From NCBI GenBank assembly GCA_965215275.1, contig OZ244044.1:1760001-1824000 (forward strand): a DNA stretch of 64,000 bases, in the 5' to 3' direction. The DNA comes from Thermodesulfobacteriota bacterium (lineage in GTDB: Bacteria; Desulfobacterota_D; UBA1144; Nemesobacterales; JAJCZQ01). The notes under the pieces are model-generated. The model saw only the letters and a list, made by a program, of their open reading frames with translations, had not been told where the DNA came from and did no database searches. A program made the translations under genes and the position numbers. Position 1 is the first letter of the stretch; every line of letters starts with the position of its first letter. Below are positions 19,819-30,442 of this stretch, piece after piece.

Positions 19819-21333
19819 ATGTCTGAAAAGAAAACTTTAACCACGGTTCATGGAAATCCAGTTGCAGATAATCAGAATTCGCTGACGGTCGGTCCCAGGG
19901 GTCCGCTGTTGATGCAGGATTACCAGCTGCTTGAAAAAATGGCGACCTTCAACCGGGAGAGAGTTCCTGAAAGGGTTGTTCATGCAAAGGGTTCAGGAGC
20001 GTTCGGGACCTTAACGATCACCCATGATATCACTCGGTACTCCAGGGCGAAGGTGTTTTCCGAAGTTGGCAAGAAAACGGACGCACTGCTCAGGTTTTCA
20101 ACCGTTGCGGGGGAGCGAGGTGCTGCCGACGCCGAAAGGGACGTAAGGGGATTTGCCGTTAAATTTTACACCGAAGAAGGTAATTGGGACATGGTGGGTA
20201 ATAATACACCGGTATTCTTTGTCCGGGACCCGTATAAGTTCGGGGATTTTATCCATACGCAAAAAAGAGACCCTAAAACGAACATGAGATCCCCCGTTGC
20301 AATGTGGGATTTCTGGTCGTTAAGTCCTGAAAGTCTGCATCAGGTAACGATCCTGTTCAGTGACAGGGGACTGCCCGTTGGCTACCGTCACGTTAACGGT
20401 TACGGAAGTCACACTTACAGCTTTATCAATGATAAAGATGAAAGGTTCTGGGTTAAGTTCCATTTTAAGACCATGCAGGGAATAGAGTTCTATACCAACA
20501 GAAAGGCAGAGCAGGTCGTTGCAAAGGACAGGGAGAGTTCGCAGAAAGACCTGTTCGAAGCGATTGAAAAAGGTGATTTTCCAAAGTGGAGGTTCTGCGT
20601 TCAGGTAATGCCGGAGGAAGAAGCAGGAAGCTATCATATAAATCCATTTGATCTGACCAAAGTGTGGCCTCATGGGGATTATCCCCTTACAGAGGTTGGA
20701 ATTCTTGAACTTAACCGTAATTCGGAAAACTATTTTGAGGATATAGAACAGGCTGCCTTTGAACCCTCGAACGTGGTACCGGGTATAAGCTGGTCGCCGG
20801 ACAAAATGCTTCAGGCAAGGATAATGTCTTATGCGGATGCTCATCGTTACAGAATAGGGGTTAATTATTCATCGCTTCCCGTTAATAAGCCGAAGTGTCC
20901 CTACAGCACCTATCACAGGGATGGTAATATGAGATCGGACGGGAACGGTGGAGCTTCGGTCAATTATGAACCTAACAGCTTTTTGGGACCCATTCAGGAC
21001 CCGAGTTACTCGGAACCTCCCTTGGAGACGGATGGACACGTTGGAAGATATGATCACAGAGAAGGTAATGATGATTATACACAGCCGGGCAACCTGTTCA
21101 GGCTGATGAACAAGGAAGAGCGGTCCAGGCTCGTTTCCAATCTTACCGAGGCAATGCAGGGTGTGCCTGAAAGGATCCAGGCCAGGCAGGTTACACATTT
21201 TTATAAAGCCGACCACAGTTATGGCGAAATGGTCGCAGAGGCATTAGACCTTGACATCAGCAAAGTTCACAGACTTGCGGAGATGTCGCTAAGCGACCTT
21301 ATTGTGGCGACCCGGGAAGGTGAATACAGATAG
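19819..21333 (+). CDS. katA: Monofunctional heme catalase (small subunit)
   Basis: [51 protein letters not shown]. Confidence 0.96.
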   Translation: MSEKKTLTTVHGNPVADNQNSLTVGPRGPLLMQDYQLLEKMATFNRERVPERVVHAKGSGAFGTLTITHDITRYSRAKVFSEVGKKTDALLRFSTVAGERGAADAERDVRGFAVKFYTEEGNWDMVGNNTPVFFVRDPYKFGDFIHTQKRDPKTNMRSPVAMWDFWSLSPESLHQVTILFSDRGLPVGYRHVNGYGSHTYSFINDKDERFWVKFHFKTMQGIEFYTNRKAEQVVAKDRESSQKDLFEAIEKGDFPKWRFCVQVMPEEEAGSYHINPFDLTKVWPHGDYPLTEVGILELNRNSENYFEDIEQAAFEPSNVVPGISWSPDKMLQARIMSYADAHRYRIGVNYSSLPVNKPKCPYSTYHRDGNMRSDGNGGASVNYEPNSFLGPIQDPSYSEPPLETDGHVGRYDHREGNDDYTQPGNLFRLMNKEERSRLVSNLTEAMQGVPERIQARQVTHFYKADHSYGEMVAEALDLDISKVHRLAEMSLSDLIVATREGEYR

Positions 21334-21416
21334 GCCTTGTACGTTCCGACGTGCGGAAACCCTGTGTTTATCCGAAATTCACAGTTTACCTGTAGACCGC
21401 TGGCAGGGATCAGAAT

Positions 21417-22145
21417 ATGACGTCCAGTAGCGAAGATATAATTGATATTTCCGAGAAAGGCAGACTTAAGGACGGCACTGCAATTTCAAGTGACAAGAGG
21501 CTGTTCATGCAGTTTCTGGCATTTGAAGGCTGCAGTGGTTCACAGGATCTTATCTCAAGCCTGAAAAGCTTTGGTCTGCAGGGTGTGTTGTACTCGGATT
21601 TAAATGACCCGTACAGCGTTGGGCTTCTTGTCATGTCGGAAAGTCCGGACTATTTCGTGGAGGATCTGAGAGAATATCTGTTGAACTATGGTCCTTTTAA
21701 GGACCTCAGGATCAAACCGGAATACACGATGTTCGGAAGAACATATTCGTTCGGACATGAGAGCGACCTTGAAGAGGCCTTGATATCAGGTCCAAGGAAC
21801 AAGGTCCTCAACAGCGACCTTGTATGGGCAGTATGGTATCCGCTGAGAAGGTCAAAGGGTTTTGAAACCCTGTCAAAGGAAGATCAGCGGTCCATTCTTG
21901 GTGAGCATGGTAAGGTCGGTTTTAAGTTCGGAAAAGCCGGCTATGCAACGGATATCAGGCTTGCCTGCCACGGACTTGATAAAAAAGATAACGATTTTGT
22001 TATAGCCGTTCTGGGTAAAGAGCTTTATCCTATATCTGCAGTTGTACAGGCGATGAGAAAAACAAGGCAGACCTCAATGTATATCGAGAGTATGGGGCCA
22101 TTTTTTATCGGTAAGGCCTTGTGGAAGTCAGAACCTGGACCTTAA
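21417..22145 (+). CDS. Chlorite dismutase / coproheme decarboxylase (Cld/ChdC) family heme protein
   Basis: WYPLRRS motif, proximal-His motif EHGKVG, C-terminal GPFFIG. Confidence 0.8.
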   Translation: MTSSSEDIIDISEKGRLKDGTAISSDKRLFMQFLAFEGCSGSQDLISSLKSFGLQGVLYSDLNDPYSVGLLVMSESPDYFVEDLREYLLNYGPFKDLRIKPEYTMFGRTYSFGHESDLEEALISGPRNKVLNSDLVWAVWYPLRRSKGFETLSKEDQRSILGEHGKVGFKFGKAGYATDIRLACHGLDKKDNDFVIAVLGKELYPISAVVQAMRKTRQTSMYIESMGPFFIGKALWKSEPGP

Positions 22146-22197
22146 CAGGCAAATGAACTTTAAAGCATTTTGATAAGGGGGCATATATTACTCGTTC

Positions 22198-23595
22198 ATG
22201 AATGATGTTCTCAGCTTAATTAACACCTATCCATCTCCATATTCAGATCTGGCTGTAGTTTTTGTTCTGTTCGTCTTTTTTTATCTGGTTGCCTTTGCCA
22301 TTTCCAGATTTGCAGAAGCTGAAAAGACCGGACCGGAGATCGCTCCGACCCAGGACATGGACCTGAAAGAGGATGATACCGCGGAAACCTTGAAAAGTGA
22401 CCTGCAAGGCATGGAAGAACCACCGACCCTGGAAGAGGTCCCGGCAGCAGAAAAAACTCCTCCAGAGCAGGTGCAGCCGGTTCCCGATCTGCAGGTTTTC
22501 AGAGCTCCTCAGACACTGTCCGATCAGAGAGTTGAGGTGGATGAAGCGGACACTGCAACGGAGGACCGGTCGCAGTACACAGTTCGAACGTACAGGAAGC
22601 CGGCAGATGAAGCAGACGTTACAACAGAGGACCGGTCTGAGAAGCCTCAGGAAAAAAAGCTGCCTTCCCAGGGTGCTTTCTCGAAACTGGTGCAGGGTCT
22701 GTCCAGGACAAATACGGGATTTTTAAGTAAACTTGAAAATATACTATCAGGAAAAGAGGTCGCAGCGGACCTCTGGGACGAACTTGAAGAACTGCTTATA
22801 TTGTCTGACATCGGCATGACAACTACTATGAACCTCAGAGACAGGATCGAAGCCTCGGTCTCTAAAAGATCCCTGTCCGACCCAGGTGAAATAAGGTCTG
22901 CCTTACAGAATGAGATCCTGCATATATTACAGAACGCCGAGGGAACCGTCGAGGTCGATCATAAGCCAATGGTCATGATCGTGGTGGGTGTCAACGGAGT
23001 TGGTAAAACAACGACGATCGGTAAGCTGGCGGATAAATTCGTCAATAAGGGGTATAAGGTTATGGTTGCGGCGTGTGATACTTTCAGAGCAGCTGCCACG
23101 GAGCAACTGCAGATCTGGTCAACAAGAGTGGGCAGTGAACTGATCAAAGGGAGTTCAGGGGCCGATCCGTCAGCCGTTGCATTTGATGCCCTGAGTGCTT
23201 CCAGAGCCAGGGGGGTGGATATTTTAATAATAGACACGGCTGGAAGGCTTCATACCAAGACAAATCTGATGGATGAGTTAAAAAAGATAAAGCGTGTGGT
23301 CGGAAGGGAAATGCAGGGAGCACCTCATGAAGTACTCATGGTGCTTGATGCCACGACCGGCCAGAACGCCTTACAGCAGGCAAAGATGTTCAATGAAGCT
23401 GTCGGAGTTACAGGGGTAGCTCTTACAAAGCTCGATGGCACGGCCAAAGGCGGGGTTATAGTTGCCATTGCGGATGATCTGAAAATACCGGTTAAGTACA
23501 TAGGGATAGGGGAGAGCCTTGACGACCTCAGGGAGTTTAACGCAAAGGAATTTACAGAAGCACTGTTCTTCAGTAGTGATGAGACTATCCATTGA
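22198..23595 (+). CDS. ftsY: Signal recognition particle receptor FtsY with N-terminal membrane anchor
   Basis: GVNGVGKTTT, DTFRAAA, DTAGR, TKLDGTAKGG. Confidence 0.97.
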   Translation: MNDVLSLINTYPSPYSDLAVVFVLFVFFYLVAFAISRFAEAEKTGPEIAPTQDMDLKEDDTAETLKSDLQGMEEPPTLEEVPAAEKTPPEQVQPVPDLQVFRAPQTLSDQRVEVDEADTATEDRSQYTVRTYRKPADEADVTTEDRSEKPQEKKLPSQGAFSKLVQGLSRTNTGFLSKLENILSGKEVAADLWDELEELLILSDIGMTTTMNLRDRIEASVSKRSLSDPGEIRSALQNEILHILQNAEGTVEVDHKPMVMIVVGVNGVGKTTTIGKLADKFVNKGYKVMVAACDTFRAAATEQLQIWSTRVGSELIKGSSGADPSAVAFDALSASRARGVDILIIDTAGRLHTKTNLMDELKKIKRVVGREMQGAPHEVLMVLDATTGQNALQQAKMFNEAVGVTGVALTKLDGTAKGGVIVAIADDLKIPVKYIGIGESLDDLREFNAKEFTEALFFSSDETIH

Positions 23596-23658
23596 AAGAA
23601 ATCTCAACCTGCCGCTTAAAATCGGCCTTTATTGTAAGTGCCGTGATTATGGAACTTT

Positions 23659-24771
23659 ATGAGAAAAATAAAGGATAAAAGTACCGAGTTTATGGAACTT
23701 GCCCTGAAGCTTGCAAAAAAAGCGGAAGGTATGACAAGTCCAAATCCGCTCGTGGGAGCTGTGCTCGTTAAAAAAGGTGAGATAATAGGGCAGGGCTATC
23801 ATAAAAGGTCAGGGTCCGCCCATGCTGAAATAGAAGCCATAGACCATGCAAAGAAGAAAGGGCGAGCGGTAAAAGGTGCCACTCTTTACGTGAACTTGGA
23901 ACCCTGCTGTCATGATAAAAAAAGAACGCCGCCGTGTACCGGTGCAATAATTAAAAGTGGTATATCCAGAGTGTTTGTTGCCACTTACGATCAGAACCCA
24001 AAAGTATCTGGAAATGGCGTTTCTGTCCTTCGTGAAGCAGGTATTGAAGTTGATGTTGGACTGCTTGAACAGAAAGCAAAAGAGATCAATAAGATGTTCT
24101 TTAAATATATAACAGAGAAAATGCCCTATGTAGTGTTAAAACTTGCAGCGACCTTTGATGGAAAGATAGCCACTAACAGTGGAGACTCAAAATGGATCGG
24201 CAGCAAAAGACAGAGGGAAATCGCACATCAGTTGAGAAATAAAATGGACTGTGTATTAGTGGGAATAAATACGGTAATAAAGGATAACCCAAGCCTGAAC
24301 GTGCGAATAAAGAAAAGGAACGTATCGCAACCTGTACCGGTCGTTCTTGATGGTCATCTTAGGATCTCACCAGATTCTAACTTACTGAAAGTCCATAAAA
24401 GATGTATAGTTGTTACTTCTCCGGGATCAAGTGAGAAAAGAAAAAGAGCACTTGAACGAGCCGGTGCAAAGATCTTATGTTCAGAGGTGGATGATTTCGG
24501 GAAGTTGAACCTCAAAAGCACGATGAAACAGTTAGCGGACATGGAGTTTACAAGCGTGCTTATAGAAGGAGGAAGTAAAGTTGCCTCTTCTGCAATACAT
24601 GAAGGCGTGGTGGATCAGGTCGTTTTGTTTTACTCACCGGTCCTTTTTGGAGGGGACGGGGTCAGTATGATATCGGACCTTGCAGTAAGGGACGTGAACA
24701 AAGCTTTCAGATTAAGGGACGTTAGAATAAAAAGGTATGGAGATGAACTAATGATCGAGGGGAGCTTATAA
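23659..24771 (+). CDS. ribD: Riboflavin biosynthesis deaminase/reductase
   Basis: PNPLVGAV, HAE, NLEPCCH, LIEGG. Confidence 0.96.
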   Translation: MRKIKDKSTEFMELALKLAKKAEGMTSPNPLVGAVLVKKGEIIGQGYHKRSGSAHAEIEAIDHAKKKGRAVKGATLYVNLEPCCHDKKRTPPCTGAIIKSGISRVFVATYDQNPKVSGNGVSVLREAGIEVDVGLLEQKAKEINKMFFKYITEKMPYVVLKLAATFDGKIATNSGDSKWIGSKRQREIAHQLRNKMDCVLVGINTVIKDNPSLNVRIKKRNVSQPVPVVLDGHLRISPDSNLLKVHKRCIVVTSPGSSEKRKRALERAGAKILCSEVDDFGKLNLKSTMKQLADMEFTSVLIEGGSKVASSAIHEGVVDQVVLFYSPVLFGGDGVSMISDLAVRDVNKAFRLRDVRIKRYGDELMIEGSL

Positions 24772-24777
24772 TCTGTT

Positions 24778-25437
24778 ATGAAGAGGGTCGGTTTGTTTGG
24801 TGGCAGTTTTAATCCGGTTCATACAGGGCATTTGAGAGCTGCGGAAGAGATCAAGGAGAGGCTTTTGCTTGATAAGGTCGTCTTTATTCCTGCTTCTGTT
24901 CATCCGTTCAAAAAAAAAGGTGATATTACAGATAAGAAAAAGCGTTGTCAGATGCTCAGACTTGCCACAAGGAGTAATCCGGATTTTGAGATTTCTGAGA
25001 TCGAACTGCAGAGAGAAGGGGTTTCATACACAATAGATACCCTTAAACACTTTGCAGACAGCGACCCAGGTGCTCAGTTTTATTTTATTGTAGGAAATGA
25101 AAATTTAGCTCAGATCGAGAAATGGAATCAGTATCAGGATCTTTTCTTTTACGCGAACTTTGCCGTTATAGAAAGACCAGGCAGCGATACTGTAGAAGAA
25201 TATCAGCTTATTCCATCGGGGTTAAGACAGGCGTTTAAACTGAAGCGGACTGCAGAGGGTACAACTGTATATGAGCATAAAAGCTTGAAGGAACTGGTCT
25301 TTTTAAAGATCTCAGGCATAAATATATCCTCATCCGAGATCAGAAGATTGATAATGGAGAAAAGGTCCGCCAGATACTTTGTGCCGGACGAGGTTAATTC
25401 CTATATACTGAAAAACAACTTATACATCGGAGAATGA
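24778..25437 (+). CDS. nadD: Nicotinate-nucleotide adenylyltransferase
   Basis: GGSFNPVHTGH, SYTIDTL, ISSSEIR. Confidence 0.96.
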   Translation: MKRVGLFGGSFNPVHTGHLRAAEEIKERLLLDKVVFIPASVHPFKKKGDITDKKKRCQMLRLATRSNPDFEISEIELQREGVSYTIDTLKHFADSDPGAQFYFIVGNENLAQIEKWNQYQDLFFYANFAVIERPGSDTVEEYQLIPSGLRQAFKLKRTAEGTTVYEHKSLKELVFLKISGINISSSEIRRLIMEKRSARYFVPDEVNSYILKNNLYIGE

Positions 25438-25438
25438 A

Positions 25439-25801
25439 ATAGAAGCATTAGATAAGGCCATTCTTATAGCAAAGTCAGCTTTGGATAAAAAGGCGGAAGA
25501 TCCTGTGATCCTTCAGGTGATCGGGCAGAACGATTTTGCAGACTACTTTGTAATCTGCAGTGCCAGTTCGAAAAGAGGTGTGGAGGCTATTGCTGATAAT
25601 GTTGAAAGGACGCTCAAGAAGAACAACATAAAAATTATCGGTATGGAAGGCAGGATCAAAAAGAGTTGGGTATTGATAGATGCTTCAGATGTAATAGTTC
25701 ATATTTTTTATCTTCCTCTGAGAGAGTTTTATGATATAGAAGGACTTTATGTTAACTCTCCTAAAATAAGTATAGATTTATCAAAAGCCAATCAGAAGTG
25801 A
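25439..25801 (+). CDS. rsfS: Ribosome silencing factor (start uncertain)
   Basis: IEALDKAILIAKSALDKKAED, ADYFVICS, WVLID; follows nadD. Confidence 0.92.
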   Translation: MEALDKAILIAKSALDKKAEDPVILQVIGQNDFADYFVICSASSKRGVEAIADNVERTLKKNNIKIIGMEGRIKKSWVLIDASDVIVHIFYLPLREFYDIEGLYVNSPKISIDLSKANQK

Positions 25802-25919
25802 ATGCCAATACCTGTGAGTTTCAGAAATTTATATATAAACGGGTCTTTACTGTGTTATATAAATCCTGACTATAAAAGAGGTCAGTAAAATAAGGAAGAT
25901 AATCCACGAGGTTAAATAT

Positions 25920-26261
25920 GTTTACTGTTATATACCCAATGATGTTATAAATGAACAAAATACCAGATAGAGATGTATAGCGAGTAACGGAGTAGAGACT
26001 TTCAATTTAATGTTTTATGAAGATGGAACAGGCAGATTTACTTATGTACAAGAAGGTTGCAGTTATAAGTTGGTAACTGATTCTAATTTAAAAGAAGTGT
26101 TTATATATGACATAGAACTGTTTTATAACGATCAAATATCTGTTTTGACTTTCGGAGAATAATCTGATGAATCTCCTGTTTTTGAAGGTGATAAGGTTTG
26201 TCAGTTATTAGAAGTTGATAGTAATGAAGTAACGACTACTTGCGAAAGAGAAAGTTTATAA
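25920..26261 (+). pseudogene. AT-rich gene remnant with two in-frame stops
   Basis: One frame reads ...NEQNTR*RCIASNGVETFNLMFYEDGTGRFTY...LTFGE*SDESPVFEGDKVCQLLEVDSNEVTTTCERESL* (TAG 25968, TAA 26160). Confidence 0.55.
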
Positions 26262-26369
26262 AAATTTAAGGAATTATATACTTACATTACCTGACAATTT
26301 AGACTAATTATCTGTACTGACTTTAAAGTTTAGAACAGGTCTTGTCAGTATGAGATATAATTTATCCAC

Positions 26370-26399
26370 TTGACATCCGTTCATAATACTTGGTAAAAT
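26370..26399 (+). promoter_or_regulatory. Putative sigma70 promoter of the S8/Ig surface protein gene
   Basis: TTGACA-N18-TAAAAT with extended TG; ATG 10 nt downstream at 26409. Confidence 0.6.
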
Positions 26400-26408
26400 A
26401 TCAATGTT

Positions 26409-29400
26409 ATGAAAAATCCAAACATAAAAACACGTAGTTCCATTACCCCCCCCCGTGTATACCTGACCTTTCAGTCTGGTATAAGTATTTTTTAAGAACA
26501 ATGTTTAAGATAATCCCCCCCCCCATCTAAGTCATTACTTACGTTAGTTTTATTTATTCTGTTTATAATGGTAATAGCTGCAAAAGGGCAGAGCAGCCTG
26601 GAAGAAAAATTATCTGAATGCAGAGTTAACAGTTCAGACACGGAAGATCCGTTATACGGATGTCAGTGGCATCTGAAGAACACGGGGCAGTTAAGTTATT
26701 CCGGAAAAGCAGTAACAGCAGGAGAAGATATAAACATAGAGGAGGTGTGGAACGAAGACGTATACGGTTCTGGAATTAATGTAGCAATAGTAAGTGACGG
26801 TATCGACCTTTCACATGAGGACCTTTCTGCAAACGTCCGTTCCGGACTGAACTATGATCTGTCTGACAGTTCATCCTTTACCGGAACACGAGCGGCAGGA
26901 GTAACAGCAGCGGCTGGATATAACGGACTGGGAGTAAGAGGAACTGCACCTGGTGCGAGTATATACAGTTACAGGTTATCCGGTGATCTCAGTGAAGCGG
27001 ACGCGGTGGTCCGTAATAAGGAAATAACCGCTGTATCGGTTAACGGCCGGGGATCTGAGGACGGAGCTTTTTTTCAGGAGGCTTCAACTTCCTGGGAAGA
27101 AGGAGTGGAACTTGGTATAAGTAAAGGGTTTTATGGTAAAGGAGTGTTTTACGTCCGGGGAGCAGGGGACGGGCATGAGAATAACGATCAGGCTAATTTT
27201 TCTGAATATTCTAATTACTACGGCGTAACTGCCGTGTGTTCAACAGACGGTTATGGAAAAAAGAGTATTTTTTCAGAAGAGGGAGTAAATCTATGGGTAT
27301 GTGCACCTGGTTCTGATATTGTAACCACAGATAACAACGACGATTACGTTGTAACTTCCGGAACATTTCTATCAGCTTCACAGGTTGGAGGAGTGGCAGC
27401 ACTGCTGAGAGAGATAAACGGGAATCTGAGCTGGAGGGATATAAAGCTTATACTTGCGGGTTCAGCACGTCAGAACGATTTTTTTGATATTAGCTGGGAG
27501 ACTGGAGCTGTTAAATACGGCTCTGACACGGAAAGATATAAATATAATCCTAAGTATGGTTTTGGCGTGGTAGACGCAGAAGCAGCTGCAGAGCTTGCAA
27601 AAAGCTGGAAAGGAGTTGGTGAAATGAGGACCGTTACAGCTTCTTCAGATAATGAGATAACAATTCCTGATGGAGAAGGAGAAGCAGACGGGGTCCTTGT
27701 TTCCAGACTTATGATCCCGGACCTGGAGGAAATATTTACGGAATTCGTTGAGGTAGAACTTGTTTTCTCTCATGACCGCTTACAGGACCTTAATATAAAT
27801 ATAACCTCTCCTTCCGGGACAGTTTCGGAACTTGTGCGGGAGGTTGCCGGGGAGTCTGTAAGGGGATTTTCGGATGAAGAAAAAAACTGCGTCAGTTACC
27901 TGAGAAGAACACATCGTTTCGGGTCGGCTAAGCACCTCGGGGAAGACCCTTCCGGAGAATGGGTCCTTAAGATATCCGATACTGCTTCCGGAGATGAAGA
28001 AAATGAAAAAAACACTGTTACCTTACACTCCTGGAGCATTAAGGTATACGGGCATGTTTCTTTTCAGGATTTTGGCAAGGGAATAACTACTAAAGCAATA
28101 CAATTTATTGATAGTCAGATTCCTGATGATCAGGTGTATAAACAAGGGGTTCAGATAACAACATTAAGGCTGCCTAGGCCAATTGGGTCCACTGGAACAG
28201 TAAATTACACCTTAACTCCTGCTTTACCTGCTGGATTGAGTTTTAGAACTGATGGTCATCGAGAGATACGCGGGACACCCACTACTGAAATGAGTAAGAC
28301 TGCTTACACTTTTTCGGCAACAGACTCAAGTGGAACTGCTTCGGTTACTTTCCATATTACTGTAAGAGATAAAGATGACGTACCAAGCTTCGGCAGTGAG
28401 ACGGTAGAAGATCAGAGTTATGTTAATGGTTCAGCAGTAACGTTAACTCTGCCTGCTGCAACAGGAAAGGATACTCCATTAACTTACAGTTTAGTTAATT
28501 CAGGTTCATCTCAGCTTAGTTTATTTCGTGGATTGGAATTTAACGCAAACACCAGAAAGATAACAGGGACACTTGACGAAGATTTAGCTGGATTTTTATT
28601 CAGGAGGCATACTTACACATATACAGTAACGGACAGTGAAGGAGATACTGATACACTTGAGTTCAGAATAACTGTAACAAGGAAATCCCCGCTTAGCTTT
28701 GGAGGTCAGACAATACCAGATCATACGTATGTAAGACTTCAGACAATAAGAAATCCGTTAACTTTTCCTGAAGCAACGGGAGGTGCTGCTCCCTTGACTT
28801 ACAGTATAAATCCTATGGTACAGACTGGACTTGCTTTCAGCAGTTCCACTCGGAGGATAACCGGGTCACCTGGGACTGTAAGGAGCAGAACTGAGCATAC
28901 GTATACGGTAACGGACAATCAGGGAGATACAGCTGAGATAACGTTCGGTATAACCGTAGAAGGAAATGACAGGAGGACGCGTTTCAGAGCAGGTGAGAAT
29001 ATCTCTGATAAGTTTTATTTTACAGGTGTTCCGATAACGCCGGTAACGCTGCCCAGGGCAACTAACGGGAACAGTCCGATAAGATACAGTTTAAATCCTT
29101 CTTTACCAACTGGATTGAGCTTTAACGCAAATACCCGGGAGATAAGCGGGACACCGACTGCTGCAAGCAGTAACACAGAGTATACATACAGAGCATCAGA
29201 CCTTGATGGAGACAGTCGTGATCTGAAGTTCAGTATAACGGTAACGAATGAAGCAGACACTGACCCAAGCTTCGGGAGTGAGACCATAGATAACAAGGTG
29301 TATATAAACGGAGAAGCAGTAAATGAAACACTGCCTGAAGCAACGTCAGGGAATGCTCCATTAACTTACAGTTTAAGTGCTGGTTTACCTAGTGGAGTGA

Positions 29401-30307
29401 TCTTTACCGCAAACACCAGAGAGTTAAGTGGAACAATTAAAATGTCTCATACATCCTTACTTCCTCTACTTTTCCTTTTACATATAAAGTAACAGACAAT
29501 GATGGAGATACAGCAGAGATAACGTTCAGTATCACTGTAAGACCAGCAGAACCTGACACAATGCCGACCTTCGGGAGTGAGACCATAGATAACAAGGTGT
29601 ATATAAACGGAGAAGCAGTAAATGAAACACTGCCTGAAGCAACGTCAGGGAATGCTCCATTAACTTACAGTTTAAGTGCTGGTTTACCTAGTGGAGTGAT
29701 CTTTACCGCAAACACCAGAGAGTTAAGTGGAACAATTAAAATGTCTCATACATCCTTACTTCCTCTAACTTTTCCTTTTACATATAAAGTAACAGACAAT
29801 GATGGAGATACAGCAGAGATAACGTTCAGTATAACAGTAGAAGAAGACAGCGAACCGGACTTCAGCGGTGTGAGAATACCAGATCGTGTGTACACGGGGA
29901 GAACAATAGAGCTGCCAGAGGCAGCGGGAGGGAATTTACCGGTTACATACAGTATAACACCTGATCTGCCAGCTGGATTGAGATTTAACGAAGTTACCAG
30001 AGTAATAAGTGGGACACCCAGGAGTGCATCATCTGCTGCTTCTTACACGTATACGGCAACGGACAGGAATGGAAATACGGATACATTGGATTTCATGTTA
30101 AGTGTAGAGGTTCCTTCTACTCCAGGACCAACACCACCACGAGGACCAAGAACGTCAGGTAGTGATTCAGGCGGAGGTGGAGGAGGATGTGCTGTTTCAG
30201 ATCAGAGCAGCGTTGATGAAGATATTCTCGGAGTAATGACATGTCTGATACTTATACCTGTGTCAGTAGTTATCAGAAGGAAGAGAAGATATCAGATAAA
30301 GACGTAG
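26409..30307 (+). CDS. Surface protein: inactive kexin-like S8 domain, P domain, 7 Ig-like repeats, GGGGGC-TM-basic tail; currently frameshifted (track ORFs 26568..29492 and 29561..30307)
   Basis: DPLYGCQWHL, LSWRDIKLIL, YGFGVVDA, P-domain GEWVLKISD...LHSWSI; repeats with LPxGLxFNANTREISGTP; frameshifts at C9 26446, C10 26515 and about 29468. Confidence 0.85.
29270..29832 (+). repeat. Near-perfect direct repeat of one Ig module (29270-29532 and 29569-29832)
   Basis: Copies identical except ctctacttt (copy 1) versus ctctaacttt (copy 2). Confidence 0.95.
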
Positions 30308-30442
30308 TAATAAAAGAGGTCTATTCTCTTTGTCGGGTGGGAATAAGGACGAGAGTCTCCCGATACAAGTTGGGAACATTTTATCAAAATAGAACGGAGT
30401 TGGAGGGACTCTGCTTGCAGAACAGTATAAATTAGTATTTTT

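Noticed and set aside
22540..22640. Short internal repeat in ftsY (DEADTATEDRS / DEADVTTEDRS)
   Set aside because: Repeats are ordinary in the variable acidic domain of FtsY.
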